This document shows positions 18,309 through 26,627 of a stretch of DNA of 64,000 nt, in pieces. The first letter of the stretch is position 1; every line of letters starts with the position of its first letter. Both the position numbers and the translations under genes were made by a program. The DNA comes from an uncultured bacterium (lineage in GTDB: Bacteria; Chloroflexota; UBA5177; JANWHV01), in assembly GCA_963827235.1 (NCBI GenBank), contig CAWHAE010000016.1, forward strand, positions 64,001 through 128,000, read 5' to 3'. The notes beneath the pieces were generated by a model, which was given only the letters and a program-made list of their open reading frames with translations, searched no databases and was not told the origin of the DNA.

Positions 18309-19624
18309 TCAGGACGGCGCTATCGGGCGCGGCGGCTGCCGGACAGAGGCGAGCGACCCCCCATGTGCCAAGGATGGCAGCAGGATGCCCGCTGCGCCTG
18401 GGCCCGGCGCCCGTAGTCCCGGGCAGCCTGCAGGACGGGCAGGGGGAACAGGCCGACCGACTTGGGGATCAGTGGAGGCGGCACGCTCAGGCGGCACAGT
18501 CTGAGGGTCCGAGGCCTCCTGCCGCTGCAGGACAGCAGGGCGGCCCGCAGACTGGTATCCGCACCGGCTGCCGCCGGATGGAACGCCGCCGGCGGTACCG
18601 GAGGCCGCGTGGCTCTGTGCCGCGGGCTGAGAGGAATTCGTTTCGCAATTTTCGTCTCGCTCGGCGGCACGGCGCTGGGTCTGCAGTCGGTCGGGATCGT
18701 GCGTGGCACGAGCCAGCTCGCGCGAGAGGTGCGCTTCGTAGCGGGCCAGGCGCTCGAGGGCTGCCAGGTTGGGAGGTTGTGCACGGCCGCTGCTACGGCG
18801 ATCTCCTCGTCCGACCAGGAGCGATCGAGCTCGGCGCAAGCGTCGTTCGCATAGTTGAGCGCGGCGGCGCAGAGCGCGGCGAATGTTTCGTGCGTCTCAG
18901 CAAGCAGGGGCGCGAGGGCGTCCTGCAGCGAAGCGGCGGTCCACTGCCGCCGGACGCAGTAGGCGGCCAGGTCCTCGTCGGGCAGGGCATCGCGAAGCAG
19001 GGTGACGAGGCGCTCGGGGTCCTCGTAGGGGGCGAGGAGAGCCTGAAGCAGGTCGTGCGCATCCTCATCGACGAGATCGGCGTCGCCGTCGAGCTTGGCG
19101 AGCTGCGAGAGGCGTGCCCGCTGGGCGGCGCGGTGGCTGCGCTCGGCCTCCAACTCGGCCGCGGTTGAGGGCCGGCAGTCCGGGCCGGTGTGCCGCCGCT
19201 CGGCGCTCTCGCAGGCGAGCCGGAACTGGTCGCGGGCGATGAGGGCAGCTTCATGCCGAGCCACGCGTGCGAGCCGCCAGTGCAGGAGGGCGAGGCGCTC
19301 GGCGAGCACGGTCTCCAGGTAGCCGGAGGGGACGAGGGTGGCGAGCACGGCCTGACGGTGGGCGTGCCAGGCCGCGGGCTGCTCGTAGGGGGTGGCGATA
19401 GGGTCGTCGCTGAGCAGGCCGTGGGTGCGGGTGTTGCGGCTGGCGGCGGCCTTGCCGGCGGCGGTACGGGGGCCGGTCTGGCAGCGGGCGGTCACAACGG
19501 TCTCCGGCCGCGCCAGGCCGGAACGATGCGACAAGCCTGGCGCGGCCGGAGAGGCGGCGTTCGACCCGCGAGCCGGTATCGCGGCGACGGTGGTTCGCGG
19601 CGTGTGCACACGTGGGCTAGCCAT
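18309..19624 (-). pseudogene. Conserved hypothetical protein (TGPRT..GK...S.N...HGL family) split by a 1-nt frameshift near 18770; possibly an assembly error
   Basis: First frame has QTGPRTAAGKAAASRNTRTHGL and LETVLAERLALLHWRLARVARHE; the family-type C-terminal motif LERLARYEAHLSRELARA...RLQ continues in the frame of ORF 18309..18839. Confidence 0.7.
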
Positions 19625-19651
19625 GCGGCGACCTCACTTCCAGCCATACTG

Positions 19652-19701
19652 GTACATATGTTCTACTACGCGTATCGTAGCACGGAAATGTTCGAAGTCA
19701 A
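19652..19701 (-). promoter_or_regulatory. Sigma70-like promoter with downstream LexA (SOS) box
   Basis: Minus strand TTGACT-N16-TACGAT (TGn extended), then GAAC-ATAT-GTAC at 19652-19663, about 28 nt before the ATG. Confidence 0.6.
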
Positions 19702-19987
19702 GGAAAACAGACCCGCGATGCGGGCGAGCAGCCGCGGGTCAGCACCTGTCTCCGGGGTCTGCACGAGATACGGGCCAATGGGTGCTCTACTACCGGCACA
19801 CTGGCAGGGCGCGATGGCAGGCCAGCCGACGGTGCAAGGCACGCGGACTACCGGCGTTTGATGGGCGACGAATTGCTGTACTCGTACCTACCTGTCACAC
19901 CAGGCCTCCGGTCGGGTCATTCGCACGGCGTGTCCTCACGCCTATACTGGCTCCAGATCGGCGACTCACTGGCGACGGAGGCCTGGT

Positions 19988-20995
19988 GTGATTGTCAAAG
20001 AACTGGACCCGGCCTATCCGCGCGACCGCCTAGAGAAGGCCGGCCGAGCCGCTGAAGAGCAGATGGCTTTCTATCTGCGCCGCGCTTTCAAGGACGATCC
20101 CAAGGTCCATGTCTTCAACGGGCTGCGAATGATTCGGGAGGGCGAGGTAGCCCAGATTGACCATCTCGTGCTGCACAAGTACGGCTTCGTGATCGTCGAC
20201 AGCAAGAGCGTGACGACGGAGGTGCGGGTCGATGCGCACGGAGCATGGGCACGCGTCTTTCACGGTGCCGAGCACGGCATGCGATCGCCGGTCAATCAAG
20301 CACGCCTGCAGGCTGAACTGCTGTACTCCGTGCTCGACGATCACAAGAGTGAAGTACTCGGAAAGGTATTGGGTCTGCAGAGACGATTTGACAGATTCCC
20401 GATGGACGTCTTGGTGGCGATCTCAGACGAGGGGGTGCTCAAGCGCAAGCCCGACGTGGCACCGGAAGCTTGCAAGGCTGACCAAATCGTGGACCGCATC
20501 GACCAACTCATAGGGCATTACCGCAGGTTGGCAAGCCCGTTCGCTCCGACTCTCAAGGTAGCCATAAGCTTTGCTGAAAGCCACATTGACCGAATCACGT
20601 CCCTCCTGATTGCGCTTCACACTCCACTGCAGCTTCAGCCCGAGCACGCGGCGCCAAGTCCGATCAATCGTCAACGTGCAGGCGCCCTGGCAGGCGCCAC
20701 GACGACGGACGCAGTTGACAGTGCAGCGCAGACATGGAGCGCCTCGGTGTGCCGGCGGTGTGGCGGTGCCAAGCTCAAGCTAGAATACAGGTTCAACTTC
20801 TTCCTTCGCTGTCTGGACTGCGACGGATCGACGCCGCTAGTGCTGAGCTGTCCTTCCTGCCGGACACTCCACAAGTCTGTCCAGAAGGGCAGTGCCGCTC
20901 GCAGCGCGGACGGATGGTTGATCAGGTGCCGTTGCTGTCACACAGAGATTCCGATTCGAGCTACACATTGTTCTCCGGCAATTGCCACGACATGA
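19988..20995 (+). CDS. NERD-domain (PD-D/ExK-like) nuclease with C-terminal Cys4 zinc ribbons
   Basis: G..AE.QMAFYL, QIDHLVLHKYGFVIVDSKS, SPVNQARLQ; four CxxC pairs (CRRC, CLDC, CPSC, CRCC); GGAGG RBS before GTG. Confidence 0.85.
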   Translation: MIVKELDPAYPRDRLEKAGRAAEEQMAFYLRRAFKDDPKVHVFNGLRMIREGEVAQIDHLVLHKYGFVIVDSKSVTTEVRVDAHGAWARVFHGAEHGMRSPVNQARLQAELLYSVLDDHKSEVLGKVLGLQRRFDRFPMDVLVAISDEGVLKRKPDVAPEACKADQIVDRIDQLIGHYRRLASPFAPTLKVAISFAESHIDRITSLLIALHTPLQLQPEHAAPSPINRQRAGALAGATTTDAVDSAAQTWSASVCRRCGGAKLKLEYRFNFFLRCLDCDGSTPLVLSCPSCRTLHKSVQKGSAARSADGWLIRCRCCHTEIPIRATHCSPAIATT

Positions 20996-21410
20996 GAACG
21001 TGATGCCGGAGCCGCCACCTGAGTCCGCGACTGCCAGCGAAGGCAAGATGGATTGGAAGGCGACGCCTGACGCTGCGTCTGACCGCTAATGCTAAGTTCG
21101 ACCAGCTGGTCCAGCTTCATCAGGCTGGTGTGGCCGCTTTGGTCAAACCAGGGTGGCTGAGCTCGTCTCAGGCAGGCTTGCTGGAGGGAGTCTCGAAGGG
21201 ACTCTAGCCTCAGGGCCTCTTGCCGTTATTGAGCGGCGGAGGTACAGACGTCACCGCCTCAGGCATTGCGCTTGGGGCGGTGGTGTTGTGCTTGTATCGA
21301 CACGAAGGTGGGACTGACGATCCAGTTCTGCTGCCGAAGGCGACTGATCTCCTGCCTGACTCGCCCCAGGGTCCGGCACCGGCAGGCGGTGCAGCGAGGC
21401 CCTGAGGCGG

Positions 21411-21636
21411 TCACCAGGAAGATGCTGCTCGGCGGCGAATCGTCAGATGGTACGTGACTTCTCCAGCCACTGAGCCTGAATAGCTCAGGTCGATCGTGTG
21501 CCGACCCGCCGCCAGCGGAGCCAGCATGACGACGATGACGTCAACCACTGCCTTGCTGGTACCGGGCCCAGGCTGGGGCGCACTCCCCAATAGGTAGTCT
21601 GCAGCGGCGAGTCGTCAGATGGTAGGTGGCTTCTCC
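21411..21636 (-). pseudogene. C-terminal remnant of a secreted protein, containing a 33-bp imperfect direct repeat
   Basis: Startless frame ADYLLGSAPQPGPGTSKAVVDVIVVMLAPLAAGRHTIDLSYSGSVAGEVTYHLTIRRRAASSW*; repeat copies 21432-21464 and 21604-21636 differ at 3 positions. Confidence 0.55.
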
Positions 21637-21653
21637 GCTGCGTCGGTCTGCTG

Positions 21654-22634
21654 TCAGGGCGTGTAGAGGAAGGCGTGCTTGCCCCCATAGCCGCCGACAA
21701 TGTCCCCCTGTGCATCGGTTTTGGAGGGGATGGTTGGAGCCCCCTTGGGATCCATCACATCGCTGTAGACACCTTTATGCAGCAAGAACCCGTGGTAGAC
21801 GGCGTTGCTGTCCTCGCAAGAGCCGACGATGTCGCCCTGGGGATTGATGCCGTTGGCCCAGGTACCCTGCTGGGATCCCGACCCGGCCTTTGGGTCGTCG
21901 AGCGTGGTATAAACGCCCTTGTGCAGCAGAAACCCGTGGCTGACACCATCGCTGTCGACGTATTGCCCAACGATGTCGCCTCCTGCGTTGAGCCCATTTG
22001 CCCAGGTCCCCTCATAATTCGCGGGGGCAGATCCAGCCTTCGGGTCGTCTAGCGTCGTGTACACACCCCCGTGCAGCAAGAACCCGTGGTTGACGCCGTT
22101 GCTGTCCGAGTAATCGCCGACGATATCGCCCGGGGAGCTGATGTCGTTTAGCTCCGAACCGTGGCCTTTTGCTCTTGGATCGTCGCGTGTCGTATACACG
22201 CCGTGACGCAGGACAAATGCGTGCTCAACCTGCGCACTGTCGAGATACCCTCCCACGATCGTGCCATCCCGACCAAGCGATGCCGCCCAACTACCCTCCC
22301 CCTGTACAGACCCAGCTTGGGGGTCGTCGAGCGTCGTGTACACGCCGTTGTGTAGCAAGAACCCGTGCTCGACGCCGTTGCTGTCGGCGTACGAGCCCAC
22401 GATTTCCTTGCGCGCGCCGACCTGGGCGATGTCTGCAGCGTAGTTGCCCGACGTGCCGTGAGGGTCGTCGATGGTGGTAAACGTGCCATGCAGCGCCAAA
22501 TTGCTGGCGACGCTGCTTCCCGCTGCCAGGGCGCGCGGCGAGGCGCCGAACTCCCTTGGCGAGCGCAGCGGTGAGAGCGTGAGCAGGGTCACTAGAAGAA
22601 CGGTGAGGACGCGGGTAATGCGTGCAGCGGTCAT
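21654..22634 (-). CDS. Secreted repeat protein (HAF-like extracellular repeat, probable beta-propeller)
   Basis: Signal peptide; about 6 repeats of TTLDDP...A.GIN..GDIVG.Y.DSNGV.HGFLL; GAAGGAGGGG RBS before ATG 22634. Confidence 0.8.
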   Translation of the reverse strand: MTAARITRVLTVLLVTLLTLSPLRSPREFGASPRALAAGSSVASNLALHGTFTTIDDPHGTSGNYAADIAQVGARKEIVGSYADSNGVEHGFLLHNGVYTTLDDPQAGSVQGEGSWAASLGRDGTIVGGYLDSAQVEHAFVLRHGVYTTRDDPRAKGHGSELNDISSPGDIVGDYSDSNGVNHGFLLHGGVYTTLDDPKAGSAPANYEGTWANGLNAGGDIVGQYVDSDGVSHGFLLHKGVYTTLDDPKAGSGSQQGTWANGINPQGDIVGSCEDSNAVYHGFLLHKGVYSDVMDPKGAPTIPSKTDAQGDIVGGYGGKHAFLYTP

Positions 22635-22836
22635 CGTGACTACCCCTCCTTCGGGCTCGCTGCTCCAATCCAGAGCCTGGTGTAGGCGCCCGTGTTTGTA
22701 CAAATACCGCTCGCAACGGAACGAGCAGCGTGTAGCTTCATGCGTGGCGCGGACCTGGCACGGCCTCCTCCCTTCTCGCCGATCTGCGACTGCCCGTCCG
22801 TGTGGGCGATCGATCTCGGGCCGGTTCCGTCGAAGA

Positions 22837-23307
22837 CTATAGGTGAATGGGCGTAACCGTGTCGTCGTCATGATCGGCCGCGTAGGCGGTCTTGCCGTTC
22901 GGCGTAACGGCGAAGCCCTGAGGGTTGTTGCCAACCCTGATCGCCGGGCCAGCCGTGTTGGTGGCCGTTCTGATGGGGATAACCGTGCCCGGGTTCCAGT
23001 TGCCCACGTAGGCGGTCTTGCCGTCCGGCGTGATGGCGATGCGGCAAGGAGTGAGGCCAACGTTGATCGCCGGGCCGGCCCTGTTGGGGGTCACATCGGC
23101 CACGCGACCGCTCGGCGCAGCGTACGCCACCGTCGCCGGCCCGACCAGCAATGTCGCGACGAACACGCCCGCCCTGGCGTATGGATGGGCCTGTGGCGGG
23201 AGAACGCGGGGATTGTCGTTGTGCACCCGAGCGAGAGGCGCGGGTCCCAGTGCGAGGATGGCGAGGACGACCACCAGCAAGGCTGCCAGGTTCCTCTTGC
23301 CTTGCAT
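22837..23307 (-). pseudogene. Chimeric or truncated secreted protein with about 2 YVTN-like beta-propeller blades
   Basis: Signal peptide plus NPRVLPPQAHPY, then a second signal-like segment (GVFVATLLVGPATVAYAA), then two AITPDGKTAYV / AVTPNGKTAYA repeats; too short for a full propeller. Confidence 0.6.
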
Positions 23308-23606
23308 TTCCTTGTCCTCCTCTCCTGCCGAGCGCCAGGCACAAGAAACCCGGCGCACGATTATGCCGTCGTGGCCGGATTCGCCAGTTGCTCGCTGCAG
23401 TCCAGGGGTGGCCAGACAAGAGCAAGCGTCGGCAGGAGGGGAGCGGTCGTGCCGCTCACGGTTCTTGAGGCGTCGGACCCTTTCTAGGACCGCAGGTCAT
23501 TGCATCCACTACACCTCGATAATAGACCTGGTGTCAAGGCACGCCTATGCCGGCCTATCCGCTCTGTCCCGCCCGACGCTGGCTGTCGCCGACGGCATCA
23601 ACCACG

Positions 23607-23674
23607 GCTCGCCGCCGCTGGCACCAGCTCGCCGCCGCTGGCACCCGCTCGCCGCCGCTGGCACCCGCTCGCCG
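23607..23674. repeat. 20-bp tandem repeat, about 3.4 copies
   Basis: GCTCGCCGCCGCTGGCACC(A/C) at 23607, 23627, 23647 and partial at 23667; no spacers. Confidence 0.9.
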
Positions 23675-23781
23675 AGCCAGTTGTCGTCCGTTGTTACTGG
23701 CAACTCTGCCGACCAGTCGGGTGGCGATGCCTTGGGCGGCTCGCTGCCGTCCGGCAACCGACTCTCAGGTTGCTGCCACGC

Positions 23782-24369
23782 CTATTGACGCTCCCACGGG
23801 AATGTGCTGTCAGGAGAGCCTGGTGTAGGCTGCAGGGCTCGTTCGTTCGTCGTATCGACGCCCAAACTCTGGCAGACACTCAGTACAGGCAGAACGAGCA
23901 TACGAGCAAGGGCCACTGCTGCCAGTGTCACAATTGCCAGCATCGCGCCACCGACGACGTCGCTAGCCAGCGTCTGATACCAGGGCGGATCGTCAACCAT
24001 GTATGTAAGGCCGAACAACACGATGAACAAAGCACCTTCCAGTGCTGCCAAGCCGATAGCGCTCAGCAGTGAGGCCAGCGCACTGAGCATGTAGTGCTCC
24101 GGGTGCAGGTAGGACTCCCAGAAGATCCTGTTCCACGACGCATACGAGACTGTAGCCAGCAGCAGCACGCCGTCAACAACGGCCCCGACCATAATCTCAT
24201 CGCCCGACGCGCCAGGAGCCACCAACGGACCCACGATGGGCAGTAGCGCCGTTACTGCAAGCAGTAGAACGGCAATCCAGATTAGCGCCTCCCGTCTGAT
24301 CTTGAGTTCGTCCAGCATCTCCATCTCCAGATTCTGCAGACCAAGGCTATGGTCGCTACGGTTCTGCAT
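23782..24369 (-). CDS. Hypothetical 4-TM membrane protein
   Basis: 195-aa ORF with four hydrophobic segments; no recognised motif. Confidence 0.6.
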   Translation of the reverse strand: MQNRSDHSLGLQNLEMEMLDELKIRREALIWIAVLLLAVTALLPIVGPLVAPGASGDEIMVGAVVDGVLLLATVSYASWNRIFWESYLHPEHYMLSALASLLSAIGLAALEGALFIVLFGLTYMVDDPPWYQTLASDVVGGAMLAIVTLAAVALARMLVLPVLSVCQSLGVDTTNERALQPTPGSPDSTFPWERQ

Positions 24370-24896
24370 ACCAACCGCAGACTCATCCTAGCGGTCGAGC
24401 CGCTCTCTACTACATGCCAAACACTCTACGAAAGTCTCACCCGGGCCTGCAGAGCCAGCTAACGGGCATCGAGACCACGTATGCTTTGCCGACTCGTGGC
24501 TGGAAGTCTGAACGCACCGGCGTAGCCCTGGGGCTTGAGCGGTCTGGCTCGGACGGCGATCAATTGGGCCCTGCGGTCACTCCGGCGCCAGTTGGTGACC
24601 GGCAAATAGAGAACCCCCAACCATGACTGTTGGCTCGTGGTTGAGGGATACGGGTTGGTCAGCAGGGGACGACGGATAGCTGTTCTTAGGCAGCTACATA
24701 CGGCTGCTGGGCGACAGTTCCGCCAGGGTCTATGGGTGAGTAGGCAATGCCGGTAAAGCAAGGTCCAGCGTCAGTGCAGCGGTGGGATCCTGCGCGCGGT
24801 CGTGGAGGCGTGAAGTAATCCGCATCCGGAATCAAACGTGCGCCGGTCCATCCCCGTTCCTCGACACTGCAAATCACGGAACAGTCATGGTAAGCC

Positions 24897-25310
24897 TTAT
24901 CTTGGCACCAGCATCGTGGCGCGTTCGCGGACGCGCTCAAAGTGCAGCTGCTTTGCTTTGTCGAGCACACCTGGATCCGCCGCGTCTAGCACCGCCTTAA
25001 GTTGTCTATCCGCGCTTGCTGCCTGCTGCTGGCTGGCGGCAGCGGCCAGTTGTCCGCTCGCCGCACCGGCGGCGTGACCCGCGACCGCGGCAGCAAGCGT
25101 GGTGATCGCCGTGATGGCCGGCGCAAGTACCGTGACTATCGTTTGTGCTGTGTCTTGGGCATCGTGGAACACCTGCACGAGAAAGACGAACAAGGCCACC
25201 ACGGCGATGATGCCGACAACGGTGATCCCGGCCTGCAGACTCGGTTCAACAATCGTTGCGAGCTACGATCGCTGCGGGCTATTGGCAGGTTGGGGATTGG
25301 CTTGAGCCAT
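24897..25310 (-). pseudogene. 2-TM membrane protein interrupted by an in-frame TAG at codon 16
   Basis: GAAGGGGAGG RBS, ATG 25310, MAQANPQPANSPQRS*LATIVEPSLQAGITVVGIIAVVALFVFLVQVF...; TAG at 25263-25265 is in frame with ORF 24897..25202. Confidence 0.65.
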
Positions 25311-25621
25311 GGCCAGCGTCCTCCCCTTCGCTCACGGATGCACTTGGCAGTGATTTGTTCAGCCTTTTGGACCAGAAAGCCGACGCCGCTACCGCTGAGA
25401 CGTGGTATCACACCCTCGGTGGTCGTCGATGTACTGAGACACACTCCCTGACCAGATCGAGCTGGGCTCGGCGCAGCGCGCGGTAAGCCGTTGACAACAT
25501 GTTCAGCACCGTGGCAAAGCACTATTGCTCACCTGGGGATCCCGGCGAGGCGCTGTCGAGCCGCATAACTGAGCCACGTACCGCATCGCCAGTCGCAGGC
25601 CCTGGCTGGAAGACGACTTGC

Positions 25622-25876
25622 CTACGGACGAATTGGCCCAAGAGGCTGAATCGGAAGCGCACAAGCATGATCGCGTGCTGCCAAGAGGCCTGGAAGCTCG
25701 TTCTGCAGGCGCTCCAGCTCGAGCTCTAGGAGAGTCTTCTCTGGTCCCGTAGCGGTCTTCAGCTCTAGCTCAATCTTGGCTATTGTGCGCAATGCTTCAT
25801 TAACGGTGCTTGTAAGCACTTGACAGAGGGAGGGGAACTTCACGGAGGCTGTGGGGTCCGGTGCGGCGCTTGACAC
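25622..25876 (-). CDS. Small hypothetical helical (coiled-coil-like) protein
   Basis: Strong RBS AAGGAGAGGA before GTG; heptad-like LRTIAKIELELK...LLELELERLQNEL flanked by two Cys. Confidence 0.55.
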   Translation of the reverse strand: MSSAAPDPTASVKFPSLCQVLTSTVNEALRTIAKIELELKTATGPEKTLLELELERLQNELPGLLAARDHACALPIQPLGPIRP

Positions 25877-26389
25877 GATTCCTCTCCTTGCAGACTGCGC
25901 TCGGTGGTGAGCATCTCCATCACGAGACTATAATATGCAACCTCTATTGTCTAGTGCGACTACCACTAGCGCCAGGGCTTATGCGTGGGTGGGTGATGGC
26001 GGTGGCTGCCCGCTTCCTCTGACTGTCAGGGTGGAACTCACGCTGGGAGTCTACGCCTGCCAGTCCACGTCCCACCATTTCAGGCCGGTAGCGGACCTCG
26101 CGGTAGTCCCGTGTACAGGGCCACAAGGCACAGTGCGCCGTGAGTGCCCGACAGGACATGGCTGCGTGAGTGAACTTTGAGCATTCCTCGTCGTTCAAGG
26201 CGCTAAGCTGGGGCGGCTTGTATCGACGCACATAGCTCGAGTACTCACGGGATGCAACATTGAAACCAATCGGTCTGTGCCGGACTGCCCGTTTCATCGC
26301 AGTGGCAAGGGCCATAATACTACAGCGACGTTTTCGGCCGGCAAGATCTGCCAGACCGCGACTGGTCGATCATGGGTGCCTTGAAATCG

Positions 26390-26416
26390 TCAAGATTTCG
26401 TGAGATGTGCCGATAC
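26390..26416 (+). promoter_or_regulatory. Putative sigma28 promoter upstream of the GGDEF-EAL gene
   Basis: TCAA-N15-GCCGATAC. Confidence 0.55.
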
Positions 26417-26627
26417 AGTTTCTAGAAGCTGTATATCCATGCCTGGTGCGAGCGATTGGACTGTGCGGTCGGCGTTTCGGAGGCAGCCGACGGAGGCGCT
26501 TAAGGAGGCGGGTAGGCGAGTGCGCCACACCGGGAACGCGGCCAGCCGGGCGGCGGAAAACGTACTAGCCGTGCCACACCGGCGCGCCTATGACGCGTGC
26601 GAGTACCGGGAGCCGGACGGGGTGGAC

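Noticed and set aside
17586-18504. N-terminal extension of the hydrolase ORF to 17957 and ORF 17923..18504
   Set aside because: They overlap the two tRNA genes; the translations are tRNA-derived artefacts.
23607-23674. Possible CRISPR array
   Set aside because: Head-to-tail repeats without spacers; no cas genes in the window.
25263-25265. Pyrrolysine read-through of the in-frame TAG, given the corrinoid gene in the window
   Set aside because: The gene is not a methylamine methyltransferase, no pyl genes are visible, and a TGG-to-TAG nonsense change is simpler.
25944-26315. 123-aa minus-strand ORF
   Set aside because: No RBS, no motif and atypical composition; cannot be supported as a gene.
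18040-26340. Intact prophage or integrative element at tRNA-His
   Set aside because: No integrase, structural, replication or conjugation genes, and no att duplication seen.
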